DNA of 64,000 bases from TPA_inf: Saccharomyces (taxonomy: Eukaryota): positions 416,001-480,000 of the forward strand of contig BK006947.3 in the NCBI GenBank assembly GCA_000146045.2, in the 5' to 3' direction. A program made the position numbers and the translations under genes. Each line of letters begins with the position of its first letter. Position 1 is the stretch's first letter. Shown one piece after another: positions 41,704-53,623 of this stretch. The notes beneath the pieces were generated by a model. It had not been told where the DNA came from. It saw only the letters and a program-made list of their open reading frames with translations, and made no database searches.

Positions 41704-44700
41704 ATGTCAACTGAACCGGTAAGCGCCTCTGATAAATATCAGAAAATTTCTCAACTGGAACATATCTTAAAAAGACCAGACACTTATATCGGTTCTGTTG
41801 AAACTCAAGAGCAGCTGCAATGGATATACGATGAAGAGACCGATTGCATGATTGAAAAAAATGTCACAATTGTACCAGGGTTGTTCAAAATCTTTGATGA
41901 AATCTTAGTCAATGCGGCAGATAATAAAGTTCGTGATCCATCGATGAAACGAATCGATGTAAACATACATGCTGAGGAACATACTATAGAAGTGAAAAAT
42001 GATGGAAAAGGTATTCCCATAGAGATTCATAACAAGGAGAATATTTATATTCCTGAAATGATATTTGGTCATTTGTTGACATCATCCAATTATGATGATG
42101 ATGAGAAGAAAGTCACTGGTGGTAGAAACGGTTATGGTGCTAAGCTTTGTAATATATTTTCCACTGAATTCATATTAGAAACTGCAGATCTAAATGTTGG
42201 CCAGAAATATGTTCAAAAATGGGAAAATAACATGAGCATTTGCCACCCCCCAAAAATAACATCTTACAAGAAGGGTCCATCATATACAAAGGTGACATTT
42301 AAGCCGGATTTAACCAGATTCGGAATGAAAGAGCTAGATAATGATATCTTAGGAGTGATGCGAAGAAGAGTTTATGATATCAATGGTTCTGTTCGTGACA
42401 TTAATGTCTATCTGAATGGCAAGTCCTTAAAGATAAGAAATTTCAAAAATTATGTTGAACTCTACTTGAAATCACTCGAAAAAAAAAGACAACTAGATAA
42501 CGGTGAGGACGGTGCCGCTAAGTCTGATATCCCGACTATTCTTTATGAGAGAATAAACAACAGATGGGAAGTTGCTTTTGCGGTTTCTGATATCTCTTTT
42601 CAACAAATTTCTTTTGTGAATTCCATTGCAACTACCATGGGTGGTACCCATGTCAATTACATAACAGACCAAATTGTAAAAAAAATTTCAGAAATTTTGA
42701 AGAAAAAGAAGAAAAAAAGTGTGAAGTCTTTTCAGATTAAAAATAATATGTTCATTTTCATTAATTGTTTGATTGAGAATCCTGCATTTACCTCACAAAC
42801 AAAAGAGCAACTGACAACAAGAGTCAAAGATTTTGGGTCCCGTTGTGAGATTCCTCTTGAATATATTAATAAGATTATGAAAACTGATTTGGCTACAAGA
42901 ATGTTTGAAATTGCCGACGCAAATGAAGAAAATGCGCTAAAGAAGTCTGATGGTACAAGGAAAAGCAGAATTACTAATTACCCTAAACTGGAAGATGCCA
43001 ACAAAGCCGGTACAAAAGAAGGCTATAAATGTACTTTAGTTCTGACAGAAGGGGATTCCGCCTTGTCATTAGCTGTTGCAGGTTTAGCTGTTGTTGGTAG
43101 AGATTATTATGGTTGTTATCCACTTCGTGGTAAAATGCTGAATGTTAGAGAAGCTAGTGCTGATCAGATACTAAAAAACGCGGAAATTCAAGCCATTAAA
43201 AAAATTATGGGGTTACAACATCGCAAGAAATATGAAGATACAAAATCTTTAAGATATGGGCATCTTATGATCATGACCGATCAAGATCATGATGGTTCGC
43301 ATATTAAAGGTTTAATTATAAACTTTTTAGAAAGCTCATTTCCTGGTCTTTTGGATATCCAAGGTTTCTTACTTGAATTCATAACTCCGATCATCAAAGT
43401 TTCCATCACTAAACCAACAAAAAACACTATTGCATTCTACAATATGCCGGACTATGAAAAATGGAGAGAGGAAGAATCGCACAAATTTACTTGGAAGCAG
43501 AAGTATTATAAAGGATTAGGGACTTCTCTAGCACAAGAAGTCCGAGAATATTTTTCGAACTTGGACAGACATTTGAAAATATTCCATTCTTTGCAGGGTA
43601 ATGATAAAGATTACATTGATTTAGCTTTCTCCAAGAAAAAGGCAGATGACCGTAAAGAATGGCTGAGACAATACGAACCTGGTACTGTTTTAGACCCTAC
43701 TTTAAAAGAGATTCCAATTAGCGACTTCATTAATAAGGAATTAATCCTTTTTTCTTTGGCCGATAATATACGGTCGATTCCCAATGTTTTAGATGGATTT
43801 AAACCTGGCCAAAGAAAAGTTCTTTATGGTTGTTTCAAAAAAAATTTAAAGTCGGAACTGAAAGTAGCTCAACTTGCACCATACGTGAGCGAATGTACGG
43901 CATATCACCATGGTGAGCAGTCATTGGCACAAACTATTATTGGGCTAGCCCAAAACTTTGTTGGGTCCAACAATATTTACTTGCTATTACCTAACGGTGC
44001 TTTCGGTACAAGAGCCACTGGTGGTAAAGATGCAGCGGCAGCGAGATATATCTACACAGAATTGAACAAATTAACTCGTAAGATATTTCACCCTGCTGAT
44101 GATCCATTATACAAATATATACAAGAAGATGAGAAAACAGTGGAGCCAGAGTGGTATTTACCAATTCTTCCTATGATTCTTGTTAACGGTGCTGAGGGTA
44201 TTGGCACTGGCTGGAGTACTTACATTCCTCCATTCAACCCATTGGAAATTATAAAGAATATAAGACATTTAATGAACGACGAGGAGCTTGAGCAAATGCA
44301 TCCGTGGTTTAGGGGATGGACCGGTACTATTGAAGAAATTGAGCCTCTGCGTTACAGAATGTACGGTAGGATTGAACAAATTGGAGATAACGTCTTAGAA
44401 ATAACTGAGTTGCCAGCCAGAACTTGGACATCGACTATAAAGGAGTACTTACTTTTAGGTTTAAGCGGTAACGATAAAATAAAACCCTGGATCAAAGATA
44501 TGGAGGAGCAGCACGATGATAACATCAAATTCATAATCACGCTATCACCTGAGGAAATGGCTAAAACAAGGAAAATAGGTTTTTATGAAAGATTTAAACT
44601 AATTTCGCCTATAAGTTTGATGAATATGGTCGCATTTGATCCTCACGGGAAAATCAAGAAGTACAATTCCGTGAATGAAATATTAAGCGAATTTTACTAC

Positions 44701-45990
44701 GTCAGACTAGAATACTATCAAAAAAGAAAAGACCATATGAGCGAAAGGTTACAGTGGGAGGTAGAGAAATACTCTTTCCAAGTAAAATTTATTAAAATGA
44801 TTATTGAAAAGGAGTTAACAGTCACCAATAAGCCTAGGAACGCTATTATCCAAGAACTTGAGAATTTAGGGTTCCCCAGATTTAATAAGGAAGGTAAACC
44901 ATATTATGGAAGTCCTAACGATGAGATAGCTGAACAAATTAACGACGTAAAAGGCGCAACTTCTGATGAAGAAGATGAAGAAAGTTCACACGAAGATACT
45001 GAAAATGTTATAAATGGTCCTGAAGAACTATATGGCACATATGAATATTTATTAGGAATGAGAATATGGTCATTGACCAAGGAAAGATATCAAAAGCTGT
45101 TGAAACAAAAACAAGAAAAGGAGACAGAGTTGGAAAACTTGTTAAAACTTTCCGCGAAAGATATATGGAACACTGACTTGAAGGCTTTTGAGGTGGGATA
45201 TCAAGAATTTTTGCAACGAGATGCAGAAGCTCGCGGTGGTAATGTTCCCAATAAAGGGAGCAAAACGAAAGGTAAAGGAAAAAGAAAGCTTGTTGACGAC
45301 GAAGACTACGACCCATCAAAAAAAAACAAGAAAAGTACTGCTAGAAAGGGCAAAAAAATTAAGTTAGAGGATAAGAATTTTGAAAGGATTTTGTTAGAAC
45401 AAAAACTAGTAACCAAAAGCAAGGCGCCTACAAAGATTAAAAAAGAGAAAACGCCTTCTGTTTCAGAAACAAAAACAGAAGAAGAAGAGAATGCTCCTTC
45501 TTCCACGAGTTCTTCTTCTATTTTCGACATAAAGAAAGAAGATAAAGATGAGGGCGAACTGAGTAAGATTTCGAACAAGTTTAAAAAAATTAGCACGATT
45601 TTTGACAAAATGGGTTCTACTTCCGCTACATCGAAGGAAAATACACCAGAACAGGACGATGTAGCCACTAAAAAAAATCAAACAACCGCTAAAAAAACAG
45701 CTGTAAAACCTAAATTGGCCAAGAAGCCAGTCAGGAAACAACAAAAAGTTGTGGAACTATCTGGTGAAAGCGACCTAGAAATTTTAGATTCATACACTGA
45801 TCGGGAAGATAGCAATAAAGATGAAGATGATGCTATACCACAACGATCAAGGAGACAAAGATCGTCGAGAGCTGCGTCGGTTCCTAAGAAATCTTACGTT
45901 GAAACTTTAGAATTATCTGACGACAGTTTCATCGAAGATGATGAAGAGGAAAACCAAGGATCAGATGTTTCGTTCAATGAAGAGGATTGA
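41704..45990 (+). CDS. TOP2: DNA topoisomerase II (1428 aa): ATPase, TOPRIM, breakage-reunion domains and an acidic/basic C-terminal tail.
   Basis: ATPase region (ILVNAADNK..., GGRNGYGAKLCN), TOPRIM (LTEGDSA, MIMTDQDHDGSHIKGL), and an active-site Tyr region with the ...RYIYT... motif in the breakage-reunion domain. Confidence 0.97.
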   Translation: MSTEPVSASDKYQKISQLEHILKRPDTYIGSVETQEQLQWIYDEETDCMIEKNVTIVPGLFKIFDEILVNAADNKVRDPSMKRIDVNIHAEEHTIEVKNDGKGIPIEIHNKENIYIPEMIFGHLLTSSNYDDDEKKVTGGRNGYGAKLCNIFSTEFILETADLNVGQKYVQKWENNMSICHPPKITSYKKGPSYTKVTFKPDLTRFGMKELDNDILGVMRRRVYDINGSVRDINVYLNGKSLKIRNFKNYVELYLKSLEKKRQLDNGEDGAAKSDIPTILYERINNRWEVAFAVSDISFQQISFVNSIATTMGGTHVNYITDQIVKKISEILKKKKKKSVKSFQIKNNMFIFINCLIENPAFTSQTKEQLTTRVKDFGSRCEIPLEYINKIMKTDLATRMFEIADANEENALKKSDGTRKSRITNYPKLEDANKAGTKEGYKCTLVLTEGDSALSLAVAGLAVVGRDYYGCYPLRGKMLNVREASADQILKNAEIQAIKKIMGLQHRKKYEDTKSLRYGHLMIMTDQDHDGSHIKGLIINFLESSFPGLLDIQGFLLEFITPIIKVSITKPTKNTIAFYNMPDYEKWREEESHKFTWKQKYYKGLGTSLAQEVREYFSNLDRHLKIFHSLQGNDKDYIDLAFSKKKADDRKEWLRQYEPGTVLDPTLKEIPISDFINKELILFSLADNIRSIPNVLDGFKPGQRKVLYGCFKKNLKSELKVAQLAPYVSECTAYHHGEQSLAQTIIGLAQNFVGSNNIYLLLPNGAFGTRATGGKDAAAARYIYTELNKLTRKIFHPADDPLYKYIQEDEKTVEPEWYLPILPMILVNGAEGIGTGWSTYIPPFNPLEIIKNIRHLMNDEELEQMHPWFRGWTGTIEEIEPLRYRMYGRIEQIGDNVLEITELPARTWTSTIKEYLLLGLSGNDKIKPWIKDMEEQHDDNIKFIITLSPEEMAKTRKIGFYERFKLISPISLMNMVAFDPHGKIKKYNSVNEILSEFYYVRLEYYQKRKDHMSERLQWEVEKYSFQVKFIKMIIEKELTVTNKPRNAIIQELENLGFPRFNKEGKPYYGSPNDEIAEQINDVKGATSDEEDEESSHEDTENVINGPEELYGTYEYLLGMRIWSLTKERYQKLLKQKQEKETELENLLKLSAKDIWNTDLKAFEVGYQEFLQRDAEARGGNVPNKGSKTKGKGKRKLVDDEDYDPSKKNKKSTARKGKKIKLEDKNFERILLEQKLVTKSKAPTKIKKEKTPSVSETKTEEEENAPSSTSSSSIFDIKKEDKDEGELSKISNKFKKISTIFDKMGSTSATSKENTPEQDDVATKKNQTTAKKTAVKPKLAKKPVRKQQKVVELSGESDLEILDSYTDREDSNKDEDDAIPQRSRRQRSSRAASVPKKSYVETLELSDDSFIEDDEEENQGSDVSFNEED

Positions 45991-46410
45991 ATAATATTTA
46001 TCCAGAGAAAGCGCCATTCTTTTTATATGTTTATATCAGAAACAAATAGAAGTCGATCGTAATGACTAGATTATATAATCAGAAATAGCCTTTGGTGATC
46101 ACTTCCATTTTAGTCAGCATAATAGAAAGTTTAATTACGCGCTTTTTTACATTCCGACAAAGATCTGCCCGAGAAAATTCTTCGAGAAGACAACAACAAC
46201 AAAAAAAATAAAGCCTGGGCGAAAAACATCGTGCGTTTACATAATATCTTGAAAAGCAAACAGATATATAAACCGCTATTGAAATTACCTTTTTAAGTAT
46301 TCGCCTAGAAGCCTTGTTTCAAGTAGCATCAACAACAGGTGTTAGGTTAAACTGCTTTGACTTTTTGTTCTTTAACGAATATCATTAAAAAAAAAGGACA
46401 TCTATAAAGA

Positions 46411-49400
46411 ATGTCTCCAAACTCGTCGAAAACTCGAACGGACCAGATAAGCTCCATGCCTGGTATTAATGAAGCCACGAAGGTGGAAAGTAAGAATGTT
46501 GTGAAGGATGCTGTTCCAATAAAATCTGAAGTTGAAACCAATGGTACATCAATAGTAAGAGAAAAACAAGATCCATCGTACGTTGGTTGGAAACAAGTTG
46601 GTGGTTGGGAGGAAAAGGACGAGTTAACTTCCGAAGACCTTTTAGTGGACGTAAACAAGGACACTTTTTTGGGGAACCTTTTACCAGATAAATTCTATGG
46701 TGATTGGTATCATGAAGTCGCTATTCTCATCATCGCTGGTTTATGTTCCTTTGTGCTGGGCTATTTTAAATTCTCTCTCGCGTCCGTCCTTATCGTGATG
46801 CTAACCACAGGAATGTTATATAGAACTTCGTCCAAAAAATATAGGGAATCGTTAAGGGATTTAGCCCAGAAAGAACAAACTGTAGAGAAAATTACTAGTG
46901 ATTATGAATCTGTCGAATGGTTAAACACCTTTTTAGATAAATACTGGCCCATTATCGAACCTTCTGTCTCCCAACAAATTGTCGATGGTACAAATACTGC
47001 ATTATCTGAAAATGTGGCAATTCCAAAGTTTATAAAAGCCATCTGGCTGGATCAATTTACGTTAGGTGTGAAGCCTCCAAGAATTGATGCCATAAAGACA
47101 TTCCAAAATACAAAATCTGATGTCGTAGTCATGGACGTATGTCTATCATTCACTCCACACGACATGTCTGATCTTGATGCAAAACAATGCAGGAATTACG
47201 TAAATTCCAATGTCGTATTAAAGGCAAAGATATTCGGAATGGACATACCTGTTTCAGTTGCTGATATTTTTTTTCAAGTTTTTGTTAGATTTCGTTTCCA
47301 ATTGATGACAACTTTGCCTCTTGTTGAAACTATAAATATTCAGTTATTGGAAGTTCCTGAAGTTGATTTTATTAGTCGTTTATTGGGTAACTCCGTCTTT
47401 AATTGGGAAATCCTGGCTATTCCAGGCTTAATGAGATTGATTCAAAAAATGGCATTTAAATACTTGAGCCCTGTTTTACTCCCACCTTTCTCTTTGCAAC
47501 TTAATATACCACAACTTCTTTCCAAGACTGGCTTACCTATAGGTGTTTTGGAAATCAAAGTCAAAAATGCCCATGGATTAAGAAAACTTGTGGGCATGAT
47601 CAAGAAAACAGTTGACCCATACTTGACATTTGAGCTCTCTGGTAAAATAGTCGGTAAAACTAAGGTTTTTAAAAATTCTGCTAATCCTGTTTGGAATGAA
47701 TCCATTTACATTCTGTTGCAATCTTTTACTGATCCACTTACAATAGCCGTATATGACAAACGCGAAACCTTAAGCGACAAAAAAATGGGTACAGTAATTT
47801 TCAACTTGAATAAGTTACATGCAAATCACTATCACAAAAATGAAAAGGTACATTTCCTAAGAAATTCTAAACCTGTCGGTGAGTTGACATTTGATTTGCG
47901 ATTTTTCCCCACTATTGAACCAAAAAAATTACTGAACGGTGATGAGGAGCCTTTACCGGATATGAATACAGGTATCACCAAAATTACTATTCGCGAACTC
48001 AAGGGACTGGATGAACTAAGTGACAAAAAATTCGTCTTTGCAGAGTTGTATGTCAATGCAGAATTGGTGATGACCACAAAGAAAGAGAAAAGAACTGCCC
48101 ATTTGAAATGGAACTCAGATTATTATTCTGTGGTAACAGACCGTAGAAAGACTATCTGTAGATTTGTTTTGAAGGATCAGAGTGGTAAAGTAATTTCATC
48201 TTCGGTACAACCATTAAATCATTTGATAGATAGAACAGAAGTCAATAAAGAATGGATTCCTTTAAGGAATGGAAAGGGAGAATTAAAAGTCACCACTTAC
48301 TGGAGGCCGGTAGATATCGACCTCGGATTGAAAAGTGTAGGATATACTACTCCTATCGGTATGTTGAGAGTGTTTATCAATAAGGCTGAAAACTTGAGAA
48401 ATCCAGATAGCTTAGGAAAGATAAGTCCATACGCCAAAGTATCCGTCAATGGTGTGGCAAGAGGTAGGACAAATGAAAGAATAGAGACATTGAATCCTAT
48501 CTGGAACCAATCAATTTATGTGTCTGTCACATCTCCCTTACAAAAAGTCTCAATTGACTGTTTCGGTATAGATACAAATGGCGATGATCATAATCTCGGG
48601 AGCCTTAATATTCAAACTCAGAATATATATCATAAAGACAATGACGATAAATATACCATTTTTATTGACAACGCTCCAAGAACTGGCAACTTAATTGGAA
48701 AGAAGGGTGTAAAGGGGACCGTTACGTATTATTTATCATTTTATCCAGTTGTTCCTGTTTTAAGCTTGGAAGAGGCGAAGGAAGTTGACGAGATTAATGA
48801 GAAAAAAGATAAGCTAGAAAAGCAGAAAAGTACACTGGATGACAAAAACATCTCAAAGGAGGAGAAAGAAAGAATTAAAAAGGAAGAGTTCAGGCTCACC
48901 GAAAAATATGACATGTATAGTTACAAAATGAAGCTTGACCTCGATGAATTGCTGCAATACAATGCTGGTGTACTAGGTGTTACTGTATTAGGCGGGGAAC
49001 TACCCCAGCCTGGGCTCTATGTTCAAACATTTTTTGATTCCTGTGGTTACGCAGCGATAACTAGTGCAAAAAATGCTATTAGGACCATTAAAACAGGCTG
49101 GTCGGGCGATTTCATGATAAAAGAGCTGGAATGGTCCGTGACTACATTTAGGGTAACAAAGACTAAAGACGCGAATAAGGCGGAAAATTTTATTTGCGAA
49201 GTCAACATTCCAACAATTGAATTGGTGAGGAACTGTTATTACAAACCTTCCGTATTAAATCTAATAGGGAAAAAGAGTGCCAAACTATTAGTTCAAGTGT
49301 CATGGTTCCCCGTAACTGCCACGGAATTGCCTCAATCAGACTTGATAACTAACTCTGGTGATTTGAAAATCACCGCTAAAAGTGCTGAAAATCTAATTGG

Positions 49401-49947
49401 TGTTAATAAGAATGGTTATTCCGATCCATATGTCGAATTCTTTTTGAATGAAAAGAGCACATCACCCTTCTTTAAAACCGCAGTTCAAAAAAAGACACTA
49501 AATCCTACCTGGAACGAAAGCAAAACTATCGAAGTTTCAAATCGTGTCAATGACTACTTGACAATTAACGTGAAAGACTACGAATCCACTAACTCCAATA
49601 GGAGTATTGGAAAAGCCGTTGTTCCATTATCTACTATTGATCCAGAGAGCGATACCACCTTTAATATACCGTTAGTGGGACCAAAGGGAGAAGATGGCGG
49701 TGTGCTACATCTTGAATTTGAGTTTGAACCCCGCTATACTACCAATGTAGTCAAACGTGAAGCCGGGCTTGGAAATTTTGCCACGAAAGGATTAGGTACA
49801 GGCATCAAAGCTGGTTCTACAGTTTTCGCCTTAGGAACCAATGTTGTAAGCACCGGATTAGGAACAATTGATAAAGTAAAGGCCGGAGTCTTTGGTGGCA
49901 AGAAGTCTACAACCACTGGGGACAAAAAATCCGAAGAGAAGCAATAA
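46411..49947 (+). CDS. TCB2: Tricalbin Tcb2 (1178 aa): N-terminal membrane hairpin, SMP domain and multiple C2 domains.
   Basis: Extended-synaptotagmin-like architecture with repeated C2-like segments (DPYLTF, DPYVEFFLN...). Synteny as YNL087W. Confidence 0.9.
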   Translation: MSPNSSKTRTDQISSMPGINEATKVESKNVVKDAVPIKSEVETNGTSIVREKQDPSYVGWKQVGGWEEKDELTSEDLLVDVNKDTFLGNLLPDKFYGDWYHEVAILIIAGLCSFVLGYFKFSLASVLIVMLTTGMLYRTSSKKYRESLRDLAQKEQTVEKITSDYESVEWLNTFLDKYWPIIEPSVSQQIVDGTNTALSENVAIPKFIKAIWLDQFTLGVKPPRIDAIKTFQNTKSDVVVMDVCLSFTPHDMSDLDAKQCRNYVNSNVVLKAKIFGMDIPVSVADIFFQVFVRFRFQLMTTLPLVETINIQLLEVPEVDFISRLLGNSVFNWEILAIPGLMRLIQKMAFKYLSPVLLPPFSLQLNIPQLLSKTGLPIGVLEIKVKNAHGLRKLVGMIKKTVDPYLTFELSGKIVGKTKVFKNSANPVWNESIYILLQSFTDPLTIAVYDKRETLSDKKMGTVIFNLNKLHANHYHKNEKVHFLRNSKPVGELTFDLRFFPTIEPKKLLNGDEEPLPDMNTGITKITIRELKGLDELSDKKFVFAELYVNAELVMTTKKEKRTAHLKWNSDYYSVVTDRRKTICRFVLKDQSGKVISSSVQPLNHLIDRTEVNKEWIPLRNGKGELKVTTYWRPVDIDLGLKSVGYTTPIGMLRVFINKAENLRNPDSLGKISPYAKVSVNGVARGRTNERIETLNPIWNQSIYVSVTSPLQKVSIDCFGIDTNGDDHNLGSLNIQTQNIYHKDNDDKYTIFIDNAPRTGNLIGKKGVKGTVTYYLSFYPVVPVLSLEEAKEVDEINEKKDKLEKQKSTLDDKNISKEEKERIKKEEFRLTEKYDMYSYKMKLDLDELLQYNAGVLGVTVLGGELPQPGLYVQTFFDSCGYAAITSAKNAIRTIKTGWSGDFMIKELEWSVTTFRVTKTKDANKAENFICEVNIPTIELVRNCYYKPSVLNLIGKKSAKLLVQVSWFPVTATELPQSDLITNSGDLKITAKSAENLIGVNKNGYSDPYVEFFLNEKSTSPFFKTAVQKKTLNPTWNESKTIEVSNRVNDYLTINVKDYESTNSNRSIGKAVVPLSTIDPESDTTFNIPLVGPKGEDGGVLHLEFEFEPRYTTNVVKREAGLGNFATKGLGTGIKAGSTVFALGTNVVSTGLGTIDKVKAGVFGGKKSTTTGDKKSEEKQ

Positions 49948-50315
49948 TTCTATCGATGGTAAAGAGTATGTGTCACGAAATCATCTTGATGCCGCAATGT
50001 ACGAGCAAAAAAAGAAAAGAGAAATCAATCTTAACAACTCAACCATGCCGAGTGCTACTATAGTACTTTTCTTTATTACTACGTATGTAAATTGTAACAA
50101 ATGTGTACTTTTATGTGTGTTCTTAAATGGGAAACTACTTAGCGTTTTGTTCATTTCCAGTGTTAAGTAGGAAGAATGACTGAGCGAAAAAAACCGTAGA
50201 AGTAGAACTTAAAATAAGAACGGAGGCTAAACCACCAAAACAGCTCATCAACAGTTAAAACACCACCAATATTTCCAGAAAAAAGAACTGTAGATATAGT
50301 CTCATTAGTATTTAG

Positions 50316-50642
<327 letters not shown>

Positions 50643-51130
50643 GTAAACATACACATGTATAGCATAATCTTCGATTCCTTTTACCCATTCGTAGATGGCA
50701 TCGACAGTGTACTTATAATACTACCGTGAGAAACGATATTAAGAACAAGACGAAAAATGGTGGAAAATCTGGAAAGCAAGAACGTAGCACGCTAGAGTTA
50801 TTCTAGCTTGTCAGCTCGACTGTTTAATTATTATTGTTATTATATTAACATTAACGTAATAACCATTGAACTACATTAAAGAAATAACTGTCTCGCTTAT
50901 ATCTGGTCTATTTTTTGTTTTTTGCCTTTCCTTTTAAATTCTTTATAACCTTGAAAACAAAAAATCACATTGGTAAATTACAATCATTTATTACCAAATT
51001 TGTCCATTAACTATTTTAGCGTGACTGACTGATAAAGACTGTTTCACTCTCTTTATTTATTCATAACAAAAATTCAGATATTTTGAACTATAAAGTACTA
51101 AAGGCAGAAAAATTAATAGCAAATTAAGCG

Positions 51131-53623
51131 ATGGCAATCAAGTCATTGGAATCGTTCCTTTTCGAAAGAGGTCTAGTAGGATCCTATGCCATTGAGGCTC
51201 TGAATAATTGTACCCTGGATATAGACGTCAACCATTATGTTTCCAGATTGTTGACCAATAAAAGAGAACAGTATTTGGATGCCATTGGTGGTTTCCCTAC
51301 CAGTTTAAAAATGTATTTGGAAAGCGACTTAAAGATATTCAAGGATTTCAATATTACCCCTATTTTTGTCTTTAATGGTGGTTTGACTTACAACCAATTA
51401 GAGGCATCGGGCCATTTTACTGCAGCATCTGCTTCTGCGTCGATTTCGTCAACCACTACTTCCAGCAGCGGTACCAATGCCACAACAAGATCCAACACGG
51501 AATCCGTTCTTTTGCAGAGAAGTAGAGGCTGGACACAATGGAACAACTTGATTAGTTCGAATCAGAATTCCTATATTGACCAGCCTATTCAACCCCAAGA
51601 GCCATTCAGACATAACACCACAATTGACTCCAAAGCTTACCAAAACGATTTGATCGCTTATTTTATTGAGCATGGGTATATGTACCAAGTGGCTCCTTAC
51701 TCCTCTTGGTTTCAACTAGCATATTTATTGAATAGCGCTTATATTGATGCGATCTACGGCCCAACTGATTGTTTGATGCTAGATTGTGTTGATAGGTTCA
51801 TTTTGGGTATGGAATTTCCAAATAAAGAATTTCGATTCATTGACAGGTCAAGAGTGATGAAGGATTTAGGTTGTACCCATGAAGAGTTTATCGATATTGC
51901 TATGGCTGTAGGTAATGATTTGCAACCAACAACTTTACCACCATTGCAAATTTATCCAGTTCCTCAGCTGTTTGATATTGCTCTAGAAATGGTTTTGAAT
52001 ACAGGTACAAACTTCTATGCCTATCAACTATCTACAACCTTACAAAATGACTCCAAAGAGAATATTCAAAACTACCAAAGAGGTATTTCTGCATTAAGAT
52101 ACATGCCAGTCTTGAAAGATACAGGTAAAGTTGAATTATTTGTTCAAGAGATCGTTGTTTCAGAGGAGGACAGTGAAAAGAATAACAAGGATGGAAAAAA
52201 GAGTAATCTTTCCTCACCATCTTCTGCGTCATCTAGTGCTTCTCCTGCTACCACCGTGACTAAGAACGCTAGTGAAAAGTTAACTTATGAAAAATCCAGC
52301 ACTAAAGAGGTTAGAAAACCAAGAGATATTCCTAATGATGTTCATGATTTTATCGGCCAAATGTTACCTCATGAATACTATTTCTATAGATCCATAGGAC
52401 TGGTTACTGGAAAATTATTTGACGCAATTGTCACAGGAGTTTATCCTGAAGAGCCTCCATTGGGCGGAGGATCTTCTACATCCTACAAGAAACTGGTTTC
52501 CAAGTCCGTTGAAATCTTCAAGAATAAAGAAATCAATTTATTAACTCAACCAATTAACAGATACTATCAGATTAAACAAATTAAACAAGTCAAGTGGTAT
52601 GCGGCAAATGAGCCTACCACTTTGACCAACAGGATGTCACCTTCTATGTTTGAAACTATCAACCACTTAATTGTTAAAACAGAAACGTCTGATGAAAAGG
52701 AATTTTCTATCTCTGAGTTCATTACAACAATAAATGGTTCTAGCAATATGGCGAAAGATTTTATATCTGAAAAAGTCATTTTCCCAAACTCCGTACCAAT
52801 CGAATCCAAATTAAACTCACCATTTAATTTATTGTCGACCAATTTCTTAAGATTACTAGTACTATTGGAGTTCTTCACTTTTGATTTCAAGGAAAAACTG
52901 CTAGAGCCTACGAGATGGGGTGAGGTATTCTTAAAATTAAATGAGCTCAATATTGACAGTAAGTATCACGAATCAGTTATTATCTTTTTGGTATTTTTGA
53001 AATGCGATGTCTTAAAACTTGACGAAGAAGTTCAACCACCGGCTCCCTCAGCCCTATCTCAAGCCACTCTTCGTTCATATCCTGAAGAATCATTGTACGT
53101 CCTATTGATTACGCGTGTATTAACTTTATTTCAAGTGGACCAAAAGCCATCAAATTACCACGGACCAATTGATAAGAAAACTTTGATCTTTAGAGATCAT
53201 CTTTCTTTCATAAAGGAAAATTTAAATGAACTTTTTGAAGCCGTTTTGATCTCATCTTTAACTTCTGGCGAGTTTAATAGATTATCACTTGATAACTTTG
53301 GTTGGGCAAGAAAGATTGTTAGATATTTACCGTTCAAATTAGATTCCCCAAATACTATAATGGCTATGATGTGGGAGTTTTTCTTACAAAAATATCTTCA
53401 CAATGGTAATGCCAAGAATGATGCATTGTCTTTAGTTGCTACTGAATTCAACACTTACAAATCCACACCAAATCTTGATGAACAGTTTGTCGAATCCCAT
53501 AGATTTCTTCTTGAAATTTCAAAAGTCATGCAGGAGCTAAATGCTGCGAAATTAATCGATGAAAACGTGTTTAAATTATTCACTAAAGCAGTTGAGTTTA
53601 CTACAACAGCTCTATCTAGCTGA
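51131..53623 (+). CDS. MKT1: Mkt1 (830 aa), with an N-terminal XPG-like nuclease fold. Codon 30 (51218..51220) is GAT = Asp.
   Basis: MAIKSLESFLFERGLVGSYAIEALNNCTLD(30)IDVNHY.... Length and synteny. Asp30 was read directly. Confidence 0.92.
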   Translation: MAIKSLESFLFERGLVGSYAIEALNNCTLDIDVNHYVSRLLTNKREQYLDAIGGFPTSLKMYLESDLKIFKDFNITPIFVFNGGLTYNQLEASGHFTAASASASISSTTTSSSGTNATTRSNTESVLLQRSRGWTQWNNLISSNQNSYIDQPIQPQEPFRHNTTIDSKAYQNDLIAYFIEHGYMYQVAPYSSWFQLAYLLNSAYIDAIYGPTDCLMLDCVDRFILGMEFPNKEFRFIDRSRVMKDLGCTHEEFIDIAMAVGNDLQPTTLPPLQIYPVPQLFDIALEMVLNTGTNFYAYQLSTTLQNDSKENIQNYQRGISALRYMPVLKDTGKVELFVQEIVVSEEDSEKNNKDGKKSNLSSPSSASSSASPATTVTKNASEKLTYEKSSTKEVRKPRDIPNDVHDFIGQMLPHEYYFYRSIGLVTGKLFDAIVTGVYPEEPPLGGGSSTSYKKLVSKSVEIFKNKEINLLTQPINRYYQIKQIKQVKWYAANEPTTLTNRMSPSMFETINHLIVKTETSDEKEFSISEFITTINGSSNMAKDFISEKVIFPNSVPIESKLNSPFNLLSTNFLRLLVLLEFFTFDFKEKLLEPTRWGEVFLKLNELNIDSKYHESVIIFLVFLKCDVLKLDEEVQPPAPSALSQATLRSYPEESLYVLLITRVLTLFQVDQKPSNYHGPIDKKTLIFRDHLSFIKENLNELFEAVLISSLTSGEFNRLSLDNFGWARKIVRYLPFKLDSPNTIMAMMWEFFLQKYLHNGNAKNDALSLVATEFNTYKSTPNLDEQFVESHRFLLEISKVMQELNAAKLIDENVFKLFTKAVEFTTTALSS

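Noticed and set aside
45008-45744. Three overlapping minus-strand ORFs (45008..45319, 45306..45668, 45463..45744) in the TOP2 3' region.
   Set aside because: Antisense to the Lys/Glu/Ser-rich TOP2 C-terminal tail. Low-complexity Phe/Leu/Ser translations.
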